64,000 nucleotides of DNA from an uncultured Candidatus Saccharibacteria bacterium (GCA_964412585.1 CAYPPJ010000001.1:17995-81994), one strand, 5' to 3'. Counted from the first letter of the stretch, positions 28,833 to 39,289 are shown. The notes: generated by a model from the sequence alone, not told the origin. Numbers and translations: made by a program.

Positions 28833-29384
28833 ATGACATACGTTATTGAACCACATGTAGAAACATATATTGATAAGGCTATCAACAAAGCTCTTATTAA
28901 GTTTGAAAGGGCGACTCATCGAGCGATTGCAAAAAATGAAGTTCAGTCTCAAAAGCGGATTGATCTCGTTGTTGAGAGATTTGAGAAAAAGACTGACTCG
29001 GCAGTAAGTGATTTCCAGAAAAAGACAGATCTGGCTGTTGATGAATTCCAAAAAAGGACCGATTGTGCTGTAGATACTGCTCACCAAAAATTCAAAAAAG
29101 AAGTTGAGCATCATACAGGATTACTACTCGAAAAATTCCAATCAGATCTTAAATTAATGGGTGAAACAGTTGATTTCAAGATACGCGAAACAACCCGAGA
29201 AGTTATTCGCGAAGAGGTGACCCCGCGGTTTGAAATTTTGGAAACAAAACTGGATATGGTTATAGGTGAGATTCGATCTATTAATGGAGGGATGAAAACG
29301 TTTAGGGAGGAAATGCATGCGCTTCGTCTCGATACCAATCGTCATGACAAACGTATTGGTCGTCTAGAACATGCAATAGCCTAA
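28833..29384 (+). CDS. Coiled-coil hypothetical protein with 11-residue repeats
   Basis: FEKKTDSAVSD/FQKKTDLAVDE/FQKRTDCAVDT; C-terminal HDKRIGRLE. Confidence 0.7.
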   Translation: MTYVIEPHVETYIDKAINKALIKFERATHRAIAKNEVQSQKRIDLVVERFEKKTDSAVSDFQKKTDLAVDEFQKRTDCAVDTAHQKFKKEVEHHTGLLLEKFQSDLKLMGETVDFKIRETTREVIREEVTPRFEILETKLDMVIGEIRSINGGMKTFREEMHALRLDTNRHDKRIGRLEHAIA

Positions 29385-29385
29385 C

Positions 29386-30108
29386 ATGTCATATACCGTC
29401 AAAACTCAAGCCTTTGAAGGTCCGCTCGACCTGCTACTTGACCTGATTGAAAAGCGCAAATTATTTATCAGTGACATTTCTCTTGCTAAGGTCACAGACG
29501 ATTTTATTGCACACGTCCGACAGTTTGAACATCTGCCAATGGGGGAGTCGGCGCACTTTATTCTGGTAGCATCAACATTGCTTCTTATTAAATCGAAATC
29601 GCTGCTACCGGAACTTGCTCTGACTGAAGAGGAGAAGGGTGATATTCAGGACCTTGAGACTCGCCTCAAGATATTCAAACGAATCAAGGAGGCGGGTCAG
29701 CATGTGGGGCGTCTCTTTGGTGTGAAGATGATTTTTGCTCAATCACACGCGCGTCCAGTCAATCCGGTTTTTACGCCCGATCCCTCATGTACACTTGAGA
29801 AAGCATTGTATTCACTCAAGGATCTCATCAACCGTCTGCCCAAAAAAGAAAACCTTCCGAAGCATGTTGTTGAAAAAGTCATCAGTCTCGAAGACATGAT
29901 CGGCAACCTGACGTCGCGCATTACGAGTAGTCTACGTATGAGTTTCAAACAATTTACCGGAGAGCACAAAGGGGAGAAAGTAAACGTTATTGTGAGTTTT
30001 TTGGCCATGCTCGAGCTTGTAAAAGAGGGAGTACTCCACGTAACTCAGGAACGTCACTTTGATGACATCGTGATGGAGACAAAGGAAGTCGGTGTCCCGA
30101 GATATTGA
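29386..30108 (+). CDS. scpA: Segregation and condensation protein A
   Basis: FEGPLDLLL.LI, LL.IKS..LLP, FLA.LEL.K. Confidence 0.94.
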   Translation: MSYTVKTQAFEGPLDLLLDLIEKRKLFISDISLAKVTDDFIAHVRQFEHLPMGESAHFILVASTLLLIKSKSLLPELALTEEEKGDIQDLETRLKIFKRIKEAGQHVGRLFGVKMIFAQSHARPVNPVFTPDPSCTLEKALYSLKDLINRLPKKENLPKHVVEKVISLEDMIGNLTSRITSSLRMSFKQFTGEHKGEKVNVIVSFLAMLELVKEGVLHVTQERHFDDIVMETKEVGVPRY

Positions 30109-30156
30109 CAAAGTATTGATTTAGTTCTATAGTTATCAGGAACAGATCTACTCAAT

Positions 30157-30807
30157 ATGAATGCTATCTTAGCGGCGCTCCTTTGTAGCGCTGGTTGTTT
30201 TGTTGTGGTGGCTATTGGATGCCTCATCTACATGCAGTCGGTTGCTCGCGACGAGAAAAACCGCTTTGTCACAAGTCGTGACAAGCCGTTACTGGTTGCG
30301 GTGCACACCTATTTCTGCAAACACGGCATTGTGCCGAAACGTGGACAATTGACGTTAGGCCAAGGTGTTACCTTTGCTTCACGGCTACACTGTCCGCTGG
30401 TCATGACTATCGGGCACACCATTCCCGGTTCGGTCTCCACTGAAGCTCGCGTGTACATGGACTGGGCGCTCGAGGAATTGCAGGCATATGATGTCCAATT
30501 TATCCTCGGTAGAGACAATTCAGTACGCGAAACAGGCGGCGAAGTTCGAGAAGCTTACTCGATCGCACGGCAGGCAACATCGGGGGTCGTGCTGGTTGTT
30601 GCCTCAGAACCTCATATAGCACGCTGTCGGCTCATTTGGAAGTCTGTGGTGCCTCCCGAGGATTTTCCACGCATATACTTCTGGCCGGTAAAAATCCCCG
30701 CCATATACTGGTTGTGGGAAGTGCTGATGATGTCAGTACACGTGGGTGCCCCTCCAGGCAGCCACCGTCAACGGTTCCTACTCACTGTAGTAGGAAGAAA
30801 ACAATAA
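30157..30807 (+). CDS. YdcF/DUF218-like protein
   Basis: N-terminal TM, TEA..Y, ET..E, LVVAS..H..R; own TTGACA-17-TATAGT promoter and terminator. Confidence 0.55.
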   Translation: MNAILAALLCSAGCFVVVAIGCLIYMQSVARDEKNRFVTSRDKPLLVAVHTYFCKHGIVPKRGQLTLGQGVTFASRLHCPLVMTIGHTIPGSVSTEARVYMDWALEELQAYDVQFILGRDNSVRETGGEVREAYSIARQATSGVVLVVASEPHIARCRLIWKSVVPPEDFPRIYFWPVKIPAIYWLWEVLMMSVHVGAPPGSHRQRFLLTVVGRKQ

Positions 30808-30824
30808 CAACAATCCAAGAGTTC

Positions 30825-30855
30825 GAAACAGGCCGCACGCACGTGGCCTGTTTTC
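30825..30855 (+). terminator. Intrinsic terminator
   Basis: aaacaggccgc-acgcac-gtggcctgtttt. Confidence 0.7.
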
Positions 30856-30891
30856 TTTTACCCCGCTTGCTATACCTGATATACTATTCTC

Positions 30892-31467
30892 ATGCCAATT
30901 GCTCAACAACTAGAAGCTATATTATTTTGGAAAGCGGAGCCTATTTCATTCAAAAAGCTTGCGACGCTTTTGAACGTGAGCGCTGATGCCATCACGCAAG
31001 GGCTTGCTGAGCTTGAACAGGTATTGAAAGGTAGGGGACTGACTCTTGTTCGTACAGAGGATGAGGTTATGTTAGGCACCGCGCAGGAACTTTCACCGCT
31101 CATTGAACAGCTGACCAAAGAAGAGCTGAGTCGCGATCTGGGCAAAGCTGGGCTCGAAACACTTTCTATTATTTTGTACCAAGGTCCTATCTCGCGTGCC
31201 GACATTGATTATATTCGCGGGGTCAATTCTCAATTTATTGTGCGCAATTTACTTATACGAGGTTTGATTGAGCGCGTTGATAACCCAAAGGATGCTCGTA
31301 GTTTTTTGTACAAGACAACGTTACAGCTCTTATCACACCTGGGTGTTTCAAAGATTGAGGATTTGCCTGAATATCAACAGGTCAGAAAAGACATAGAAGG
31401 TTTCAAACAATCTCACGTCGAACCTCAACCTACTCCCGATGCAACCAATCAACCAGAGACCAATTGA
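30892..31467 (+). CDS. scpB: Segregation and condensation protein B
   Basis: LEAILF, LETLSII.Y..P.SR..I..IRGVNS, LY.TT..L...G..L..LP. Confidence 0.94.
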   Translation: MPIAQQLEAILFWKAEPISFKKLATLLNVSADAITQGLAELEQVLKGRGLTLVRTEDEVMLGTAQELSPLIEQLTKEELSRDLGKAGLETLSIILYQGPISRADIDYIRGVNSQFIVRNLLIRGLIERVDNPKDARSFLYKTTLQLLSHLGVSKIEDLPEYQQVRKDIEGFKQSHVEPQPTPDATNQPETN

Positions 31468-32539
31468 TAAATTTTTTCTACTCTCTGTTTCCGCGCTGAC
31501 AATAGTCGGATTCATTGTTTTTTTGTCTGCATCGTTGGGTCTATTGGCACAGGATGGGGCTAGTTTTGGTACAGTTGCGTTGAAGCAAACTATTAGCCTC
31601 GTGATAGGTATTGTGGCTTTTTTCGCTTTTGCAAAAATCAAATATCAATACATTAGAAAGCTGGCTTTTTTTATTTTGATTGGAGCAATCGTGATTAATC
31701 TACTATTGTTTATTCCGGGGCTCGCATTTCATCATGGCGGCGCAGCACGTTGGATCGATCTGTGGCTATTTTCGTTTCAGCCATCGGAATTCCTGAAGAT
31801 TGCATTTATTATATATATGGCAGCGTGGGCTCAGTTTGCCAAGGACAAGATCGAAAAAATGCGCTTTGGTCTGTTCCCATACTTGGTGGTTATGGCCATA
31901 CTGAGTACTCTATTACTGGTTCAGTCTGATACGGATACTCTGATTATTATTGGATTCACTGGCATCGTCATGCTTATTGTTGCTGGACTGCCAATGAGGC
32001 ACATGGTTATAGCTGGTGTTCTCATGCTCGTGCTTGTTGGCGGAGTTATTTGGATTCGGCCTTATGCATTTCAACGCTTTCAGACTTTTTTGAATAATGG
32101 AGCGGATAGTCAGGGAGCAGGATATCAGATCAACCAGTCGTTGATTGCCATCGGGTCCGGTCAATTCAGTGGTCGTGGGTTTGGTCAAAGCGTGCAAAAA
32201 TTTGGCTATTTGCCTGAACCGATAGGGGATTCGATCTTTGCTGTCGGCGCTGAGGAATTTGGTTTTGTAGGCACGATCGCGTTGCTGGCTTTATATATTG
32301 TCTTTGCCGTGAGTGTCTTTCGTGTGGGTACGCGTTCTCCAGATGTATTTGGTGCATTAGTATCTATTGGTATTGCGGTCCTCATTATTACCGAATCATT
32401 TATGAATATGGCGGCAATGATGGGTATTATTCCACTATCTGGATTGCCATTATTATTCATTTCTCATGGAGGTACTGCATTGATTATTGTGTTGGCTGCG
32501 TCGGGGATTGTGGCAAATGTTTCGAAGCATGGTAAATAA
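31439..32539 (+). CDS. ftsW: SEDS family peptidoglycan polymerase
   Basis: GA.RWI, FQPSEF.K, GYQ..QSL.AIGSG...G.G.G.S.QK..YLPE...D.IF, LP..S.GG; upstream of murG. Confidence 0.9.
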   Translation: MQPINQRPIDKFFLLSVSALTIVGFIVFLSASLGLLAQDGASFGTVALKQTISLVIGIVAFFAFAKIKYQYIRKLAFFILIGAIVINLLLFIPGLAFHHGGAARWIDLWLFSFQPSEFLKIAFIIYMAAWAQFAKDKIEKMRFGLFPYLVVMAILSTLLLVQSDTDTLIIIGFTGIVMLIVAGLPMRHMVIAGVLMLVLVGGVIWIRPYAFQRFQTFLNNGADSQGAGYQINQSLIAIGSGQFSGRGFGQSVQKFGYLPEPIGDSIFAVGAEEFGFVGTIALLALYIVFAVSVFRVGTRSPDVFGALVSIGIAVLIITESFMNMAAMMGIIPLSGLPLLFISHGGTALIIVLAASGIVANVSKHGK

Positions 32540-32559
32540 TTATTAGTAATATAATTGAT

Positions 32560-33144
32560 ATGAATAAAAGACTTTTTATAGTTCACGGATGGATGGGCAG
32601 CGCACAAGAGCCATTGATGGTATGGCTCGGGGAACAAGGTAAGATACTTGGTTTTGAAACAACCGTAGTTGAAATGCCAAACCCAACAGTGCCAACCATA
32701 GGTGCCTGGGTCAAGCATCTTGAAGAGGTGGTTATGTATCCAGATGAGAATACTTGTTTTATAGGTCACAGTATCGGCTTTCAGGCGATTCTGCGTTATA
32801 TCCAATCAGCCGATAGTCCAAAGACAGGAAGCATTGTCGGCATTGCGCCGTGGTTTGTGCTTACTGGTATTGATGAAAAAGAAGACCAGGATATTGTCAG
32901 GTCATGGCTCGAAAACCCGATTGACTTTGCAAAACTGAAGAGAATTGTTCCGACAAGTGTTGCAATTTTATCAGATAATGACCCCTTTGTTCCTCTGAAA
33001 GAAAATGAGGAATTGTTTACCAAAAACCTTGCCGCACATATCATAATTGAACAGGGAAAGGGGCATTTTTCTGAGTCTGATGGAGTCGTAGATCTCCCCG
33101 TAATCGTGCCTGAACTAACGCGAATAGCGGGCGAGGCCGTCTAA
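32560..33144 (+). CDS. RBBP9/YdeN family serine hydrolase
   Basis: IVHGW, MPNP..P, GHSIG, SDNDP.VP, GHF. Confidence 0.88.
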   Translation: MNKRLFIVHGWMGSAQEPLMVWLGEQGKILGFETTVVEMPNPTVPTIGAWVKHLEEVVMYPDENTCFIGHSIGFQAILRYIQSADSPKTGSIVGIAPWFVLTGIDEKEDQDIVRSWLENPIDFAKLKRIVPTSVAILSDNDPFVPLKENEELFTKNLAAHIIIEQGKGHFSESDGVVDLPVIVPELTRIAGEAV

Positions 33145-33179
33145 TTGAGTTTACCTCATAGACCAGCTATAATACTCCC

Positions 33180-34313
33180 ATGAAAATTCTATTCAGCGGC
33201 GGAGGAACCGGTGGTCATTTCTATCCTATTATTGCTATTGCACAGGCCTTGAGGGAGCGCGTCAAAGAACGTAAAATTATTCCTCCTCAGTTGTATTTCA
33301 TGGCTCCGAGCAAGTACAATGCTCGCGCACTTTTTGATAACGAATTGGAATACGTTCCCGTATCGGCAGGCAAGATTCGTCGCTATTTTTCGATACTTAA
33401 TATTACCGATCTAATAAAGACATTCTTTGGGTGCATTTCTGCTGTACTCAGTATGTACAGGATCTATCCTGACGTTGTGGTTGGTAAAGGTGGTTACGCA
33501 AGTTTCCCTGCACTGTTTGCCGCTCGATTGTGGAGGATTCCTGTTGTTATCCACGATTCCGATAGCTCGCCAGGTCGAGTCAATCTATGGGCAGGAAAGT
33601 TTGCAAAGCGAATTGCTATTTCATATCCGGAGGCAGCTGCTCATTTTCCAAAGAAGGAGGGCGTGGTTGCCCTGACTGGCTGTCCGATTCGTACAGATGT
33701 TGCACAACCGCTTTCGAATGGTGCTCACGAATATCTTCAGCTTGAACAGAATACGCCCGTTGTTCTTATCCTCGGTGGATCTCAGGGCGCGCAGCATATT
33801 AATGACGCTATTATCCAGGGGTTGCCGGAGCTTCTCAATAAGTACCAGGTTATTCATCAGACTGGTCGCGACAATATTGAAGAGATTAAATCAACCACGG
33901 GCGTCATTTTGAAAGATCACAAGTTCTCGTATCGGTACCATCCGTTTGATTATTTGAATGAATTGGCTCTTCGTATGTCTGCCGGCGTTGCTGATGTTGT
34001 CATCTCTCGCGCGGGCTCGACCATCTTTGAGATAGCAGCCTGGGGTGTCCCGTCCATCATTGTTCCATTACCTACATCGGTTAGTCATGATCAGACCACC
34101 AACGCATTTGCGTATGCTCGAACGGGAGCAGCTTCAGTTATTGAGGAAAATAACTTGAGTGCGCATATTATTATTGAAGAAATTGAGCGTATCAACAATT
34201 CTGCCGTGATCAAAGAAACCATGAAGCAAAGAGCAAAAGAGTTTGCTCGTCTCGATAGTGCCACACTTATAGCTGATGTCATTCTTGACATTGCCCTTGA
34301 GCACGAAAAGTAA
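33180..34313 (+). CDS. murG: Lipid II N-acetylglucosaminyltransferase
   Basis: GGGTGGH.YP, GGYAS.P, G.P.R, GGSQGA, SRAGS, HDQ..NA. Confidence 0.95.
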   Translation: MKILFSGGGTGGHFYPIIAIAQALRERVKERKIIPPQLYFMAPSKYNARALFDNELEYVPVSAGKIRRYFSILNITDLIKTFFGCISAVLSMYRIYPDVVVGKGGYASFPALFAARLWRIPVVIHDSDSSPGRVNLWAGKFAKRIAISYPEAAAHFPKKEGVVALTGCPIRTDVAQPLSNGAHEYLQLEQNTPVVLILGGSQGAQHINDAIIQGLPELLNKYQVIHQTGRDNIEEIKSTTGVILKDHKFSYRYHPFDYLNELALRMSAGVADVVISRAGSTIFEIAAWGVPSIIVPLPTSVSHDQTTNAFAYARTGAASVIEENNLSAHIIIEEIERINNSAVIKETMKQRAKEFARLDSATLIADVILDIALEHEK

Positions 34314-34440
34314 AAAATAGGGATATTATTTTACCTAGGTGTCAATAAATGACTGCTTGCAAAAGGCATCATTTTGTGTGCTATAATACCAATCTAAAAA
34401 TGTCGTATTTTATAAGCTCGTAACACTATTAATTAACATT

Positions 34441-34947
34441 ATGGAACCATCAACAGGTATCAAGACATGGCAGTGGGTAGTCACCGTCATAGTCATCATT
34501 GTCCTTATCATTGTAGGTATTCTTGTCTTTGGCAATGGCAAAGAGACTACTGAAGAAGGTCTGACTACCGAGACTCCAACAACCGAAACTGTAGCTTCGA
34601 CTGAGGCAAACCGCATAGTCATGAGTGATCAGTTCCCAGGAAACGTTGTATTCCTCTCATCAGTTCAGCTCGCCAATAGCGGCTGGGTTGTGATCCACAA
34701 GGATAACAATGGCGTTCCGGGCGAAATCATCGGATCTCAGTATTTTGAGAAGGGTATCAACACTGGCAAGATCACATTGACCAAGCCGACAGTTGAAGGT
34801 GCATTGTACTACGCTATGCTCCATTCAGATGATGGCGACAAAAAGTTTGACGCCGCAAAGGACCTTCCTCTCAAAAATGCAAAGGGAGATGTTATCATGA
34901 AGCCGTTCCGTGCGTCAGCTGCAGTCGGTGCAGGACTCAAGGGATAA
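34441..34947 (+). CDS. Membrane-anchored extracytoplasmic beta-rich hypothetical protein
   Basis: TM helix, E/T linker, DQ.PG..V..V.L...GWVVIH...G.IIG, YAMLH.DDGD..FD...D.PL. Confidence 0.7.
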   Translation: MEPSTGIKTWQWVVTVIVIIVLIIVGILVFGNGKETTEEGLTTETPTTETVASTEANRIVMSDQFPGNVVFLSSVQLANSGWVVIHKDNNGVPGEIIGSQYFEKGINTGKITLTKPTVEGALYYAMLHSDDGDKKFDAAKDLPLKNAKGDVIMKPFRASAAVGAGLKG

Positions 34948-34954
34948 TAGATTA

Positions 34955-35078
34955 GAAGCAAGTACGCAAAATACGTGGGATTCGGATACGCGGATACTTT
35001 TCTACTGAAAAGTTCCTATGCTCGGCCTCATCGGCCTCCGCAATGTATCCTCACCCACGTATTTTGCGTACTTGCTTC
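34955..35078. repeat. 124-bp palindromic element with 25-bp perfect terminal inverted repeats
   Basis: gaagcaagtacgcaaaatacgtggg / cccacgtattttgcgtacttgcttc, with nested stems inside. Confidence 0.85.
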
Positions 35079-35100
35079 GTTACTTGGTATACTTAGTCGC

Positions 35101-36069
35101 ATGAAGAACATTTATATTACTCGTCAGATTCCTGAAATAGCGGTAGAGATGCTGCGTGCAAAAGGATATTCCATAGATATGAATATGAAAGAGGCTGTCC
35201 CTTCCCAGGCCGATATTATTGAGGCCCTACAACGTAAACCATACGATGCAGTTATTACGTTACTCACTGATAAAATTAATTCCAAGATTTTTGACGCAGT
35301 TCCACATATAAAGTTATTTGCTAACTACGCAACTGGTTTTGATAATATAGATATTGTCGAGGCAAAAAAGCGAGGTATTTTGGTGACGAATACACCAGGC
35401 AATTACGCTTATTGTATTGCAGAGCACGCTATAGCCCTCATGATCGGCCTTACAACACGAATGGTCGAAGCAGACTCGTTTGTTCGTGCGGGAAAATATC
35501 AAGGTTGGGATCCGATGTTGTTTGTTGGTACAGATCTTGAAAAGAAAACTCTTGGCCTCATTGGTGCCGGCAGAATAGGGGAAAGAGTCGCTCATCATGC
35601 ATCTCGTGGGTTTGATATGCCTGTGATCTATTATGATGTGGTCAGAAATGAAAAGATTGAAAAAGAGTATGGTGCAAAATATTACCCGAAAGTTGAAGAT
35701 GTCCTCAAGCTTGCCGATGTGGTGAGTTTGCATGTGCCATTACTCGATTCGACCCGACACCTCATCAATGATGCTTGTCTGAAAATGATGAAGCCAGGCG
35801 CCTTTTTGATCAATACAGCCCGCGGCCCAGTTGTCGATGAAAAAGCACTGGTCAAAGCACTTCAGCGCGGAACTATTCGTGGCGCAGGCTTGGATGTCTT
35901 TGAACTTGAACCAAAGCTAGCCGAGGGTCTGGCAGAGCTCCCTAATGTCATTTTGACGCCTCATATAGCATCTGCACGTGAGTCTGCTCGAAATGAGATG
36001 GCAAAAGTGGCTGCAGAAAATGTTATAGAGTTTGTGGAAAAAGGGACGGTAAAAAATCTCGTATATTGA
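35101..36069 (+). CDS. D-2-hydroxyacid dehydrogenase (glyoxylate reductase/D-glycerate dehydrogenase family)
   Basis: GFDNID, VTNTPG, G.IG.GRIG, SLHVPL, INTARG.VVDE, GLDVFE.EP, TPHIAS. Confidence 0.92.
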   Translation: MKNIYITRQIPEIAVEMLRAKGYSIDMNMKEAVPSQADIIEALQRKPYDAVITLLTDKINSKIFDAVPHIKLFANYATGFDNIDIVEAKKRGILVTNTPGNYAYCIAEHAIALMIGLTTRMVEADSFVRAGKYQGWDPMLFVGTDLEKKTLGLIGAGRIGERVAHHASRGFDMPVIYYDVVRNEKIEKEYGAKYYPKVEDVLKLADVVSLHVPLLDSTRHLINDACLKMMKPGAFLINTARGPVVDEKALVKALQRGTIRGAGLDVFELEPKLAEGLAELPNVILTPHIASARESARNEMAKVAAENVIEFVEKGTVKNLVY

Positions 36070-36117
36070 TTTGGGCGAGGATAGGCTTGGTTGGTCGTTT
36101 TCTGCTATACTTATCCC

Positions 36118-37503
36118 ATGACAGTCGTAACCCGATTCGCCCCTTCGCCTACAGGCTATTTCCATGCCGGCTCCTATAGAACGGCGCTTTTTTCGTGGAT
36201 ATATGCTCGTCAGAAAGGTGGCAAATTCATCCTTCGTATTGAGGATACCGACAAGGAGCGCTCCAAGAAGGAATATGAAGAAAATATTGTCGAAAGCCTC
36301 AAATGGCTCGGTCTTGAGTACGATGAGTTCTATCGACAATCAGATCGTACTGAAATATATAAAAAATATATAAAGCAGATGATTGCGTCAGGCCATGCCT
36401 ATGTTTCAACACCGGAACAAGAAGCAACTCGGGCAAAAGAAATGGCCGTAAAGTTTGGCAAAGCGGCAAAACCTGAGAGTGACGAACCGCTCAAATCAGT
36501 CATCCGTTTCAAAAACCCAAATAAGAAAGTTGCGTTTGATGATCTCATTCGCGGAAGAGTTGAGTTTGATACCACTGAGCTCGGTGATTTTGTCATAGCA
36601 AAGAGTGAGGATGAACCCGTCTTCCACCTTGTCGTCGTCATAGATGACCATGAGATGGGCGTGACTCTCATTATTCGTGGCGAAGATCATATTTCGAACA
36701 CACCTCGCCAAATTCTTATTTTTGAAGCAATCGGTGCGCCAGTTCCGCAATATGCACATCTACCATTGTTGTTATCTGCTGACAGGTCAAAGCTTTCCAA
36801 GCGCCATGGGGCAGTCCCGGTGAGTGAATATCGCAGTAGGGGATACCTCCGTGAAGCCATCATCAACTACCTTGCTCTTCTTGGTTGGCACCCGAGTGAT
36901 GACAAAGAGCTGTTGACGTCTGACGAAATTATCAAAGAATTTACTCTCGAACGTGTCCAAAAGAGCGGTGCTATCTTCGATGAAGAAAAACTCAAGTGGT
37001 ACAACCGACAGTACGTTCTCAAGCTTTCTGATGCTGACTTTGCAGAACACGCAAAACCTTTTTTGCCAGAATGGATTGTGCCGAACAGTGAGACATTCAA
37101 AAAACTCATTCCGATTCTGCGTGACAAGATTGTGACCTTTGCAGAAGTTAGTACGATGCTCGGAACAAAAGGCGAACTGGCGTTTGTGCACCGTATAACA
37201 GAATATGCACCCGAGATGCTTCTTTGGAAAAAAAATCCAGACCGAGCAGCAGCATTGCGTCATCTGACAGAAATCCGTACCTTGCTCGTCTCTATTGATG
37301 ATGCCTCATACAATACCGAGTCTATAAAGACGGCAGTCTGGGCGTATGTTGAGGCCAATGGCAAAGGAGATGTTCTATGGCCGCTTCGTGTTGCTATTAC
37401 TGGGCAGGATCGGTCTCCAGATCCATTTGTATCAGCTGCTCTTATAGGCAAAGCAGAATCTCTGAAACGCATTGATACGGCGTGTGCCAGATTATCAGCA
37501 TAA
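36118..37503 (+). CDS. gltX: Glutamate--tRNA ligase
   Basis: RFAPSPTG.FHAG, LRIEDTD, VVIDD, RGEDH, KLSKR. Confidence 0.96.
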   Translation: MTVVTRFAPSPTGYFHAGSYRTALFSWIYARQKGGKFILRIEDTDKERSKKEYEENIVESLKWLGLEYDEFYRQSDRTEIYKKYIKQMIASGHAYVSTPEQEATRAKEMAVKFGKAAKPESDEPLKSVIRFKNPNKKVAFDDLIRGRVEFDTTELGDFVIAKSEDEPVFHLVVVIDDHEMGVTLIIRGEDHISNTPRQILIFEAIGAPVPQYAHLPLLLSADRSKLSKRHGAVPVSEYRSRGYLREAIINYLALLGWHPSDDKELLTSDEIIKEFTLERVQKSGAIFDEEKLKWYNRQYVLKLSDADFAEHAKPFLPEWIVPNSETFKKLIPILRDKIVTFAEVSTMLGTKGELAFVHRITEYAPEMLLWKKNPDRAAALRHLTEIRTLLVSIDDASYNTESIKTAVWAYVEANGKGDVLWPLRVAITGQDRSPDPFVSAALIGKAESLKRIDTACARLSA

Positions 37504-37515
37504 TCTTTTAACTGC

Positions 37516-38838
37516 ATGGTACGGATGCGCGCACCACATCTCATTGTTCTTATTGGCGCATGTATGTCACTGTCTGTTTTCGTGCATGCGCAAACGGCAC
37601 CTGCAACTTCGGCCGCAGCCAAGGCTGGCTTGCAGCAGAAGATTGATCAGCGTACACAAGATATAAAGGCACTTGAACAGGAGATCGCGGGCTACCAAAG
37701 TCAGATCAACGAACTTGGTACACAGGCGTCATCACTTTCGGCAACTATCAAGTCACTTCAATTGACCCAAAAAAAACTTGAGGCGGACATGAAAGTTACG
37801 GAAAATCGTATTGCTGAAAAAAATCTTCAAATACAACGACTCGGTTCGCAAATAGTTGAAAAGGAAGGGACTATTTCTGACAATAGACGGATTATTGCGA
37901 GGTCGTTTTCAACGCTCAACGAGATCGGTGACAAATCGTTGCTCGAATTGATGCTTTCAAAAGATTCATTATCACATACATGGGATTCGCTCGAAGGCAT
38001 TTCAACCTTGCAACAAGGATTGACTGAACATATTTCCAATCTTCAAACAGCAAAGACGCGTCTTGAATCAAATAAAAAAGATACCGAAAAAGCCAAAGCC
38101 GAATTGTTGTCATTGAGCAAGCAACTGGGCGCGCAAAAGAAAGTTATTGTCGCGAATACAGAAGAGAACAACGCCCTTCTTCGAGAAACAAAAAATAACC
38201 AATCTACGTATACGCAATTACTCAATCAGCGTCAGGAACAAAAAGAAGCATTCGAAAGGGAAGTGGCCGACTTGGAGTCATCTCTCAAATCCAGTGTTGC
38301 TTCAAACGCGGTGCCGACCACGGGAACGGGTGTTTTGAGCTATCCGCTCGAAAAAGTTCGAATCACGCAGTATTTTGGCAATACACCATTTGCGACAAAA
38401 AATGCCCAAATTTACAACGGTCAAGGACATAATGGCGTCGACTTTGCTGCTTCCATTGGTACCCCGGTCAAGTCAGCGGCATCGGGTATAGTTATCGGCT
38501 CTGGTAATACTGACACAGTCTGTCCGGGAGCTTCATATGGGAAATGGGTCTTGGTAAAGCACAACAATGGTCTGACGACCGTATACGCCCATTTGTCGTA
38601 CGTTTCTGCTACCGTCGGACAAACAGTCAGTCGCGGTGAGACTATCGCATATAGTGGATATAGCGGCAACGTCGTTCCACGTGGTCCACGCGGCGCGCAC
38701 CTACACTTTACGGTATTCGTTTCTGATGGAGTTACCGTGGGCTCATATAAGTTCAAATCCTGTCCAGGTGCTCGTGCCATTGAAATGCCTTTGCTGACAA
38801 AAAAAGGCGCATACTTGAACCCATTGTCGTACTTTTAG
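37516..38838 (+). CDS. Coiled-coil M23 peptidase (PcsB/EnvC-like architecture)
   Basis: Signal peptide, long coiled coil, HNGVD, YG.WV...H, YAHLS, HLHF, NPL.Y. Confidence 0.9.
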   Translation: MVRMRAPHLIVLIGACMSLSVFVHAQTAPATSAAAKAGLQQKIDQRTQDIKALEQEIAGYQSQINELGTQASSLSATIKSLQLTQKKLEADMKVTENRIAEKNLQIQRLGSQIVEKEGTISDNRRIIARSFSTLNEIGDKSLLELMLSKDSLSHTWDSLEGISTLQQGLTEHISNLQTAKTRLESNKKDTEKAKAELLSLSKQLGAQKKVIVANTEENNALLRETKNNQSTYTQLLNQRQEQKEAFEREVADLESSLKSSVASNAVPTTGTGVLSYPLEKVRITQYFGNTPFATKNAQIYNGQGHNGVDFAASIGTPVKSAASGIVIGSGNTDTVCPGASYGKWVLVKHNNGLTTVYAHLSYVSATVGQTVSRGETIAYSGYSGNVVPRGPRGAHLHFTVFVSDGVTVGSYKFKSCPGARAIEMPLLTKKGAYLNPLSYF

Positions 38839-38896
38839 CTAAACCTTGTGTATAAGCTGACTATCGATATGCTCAAAAATGCGATAAAATAATCAC

Positions 38897-39241
38897 ATGA
38901 ATAATCTCATCAAAAAAAGAAATATGAACAGGGGAGGCTTGATCCGTTTGATCATCTACGTCATCATAATCCTACTCATCATCAGCTACTTTGGCCTCAA
39001 TATCCGCACTATCGTCAATTCCCCGGCTGGCCAAGAAAATTTCACGTATGTTCAGGAAATCATGATTAATGTATGGAATGGATACCTCAAGAAGCCCGTT
39101 TTGTACCTTTGGAACGATATTTTCCTCAAATTGATCTGGGAGCCAGCGATCGAGAATCTGACAAAAATAAAAAATGGCGAACCAGACAGTCTACAATCAA
39201 GTGCGCCAAAGCTAAGCTCGCCGACGCCGATACCAAACTAA
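38897..39241 (+). CDS. Hypothetical membrane protein
   Basis: Basic N-terminus, RGG followed by TM helix and SYFG.NIR. Confidence 0.7.
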   Translation: MNNLIKKRNMNRGGLIRLIIYVIIILLIISYFGLNIRTIVNSPAGQENFTYVQEIMINVWNGYLKKPVLYLWNDIFLKLIWEPAIENLTKIKNGEPDSLQSSAPKLSSPTPIPN

Positions 39242-39255
39242 CAACGATTCAAGAT

Positions 39256-39289
39256 AACAGGAAGGACTTCGAAAGAAGTCTTTTTTGTT
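39256..39289 (+). terminator. Intrinsic terminator
   Basis: gaaggacttc-gaaa-gaagtctttttt. Confidence 0.75.
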
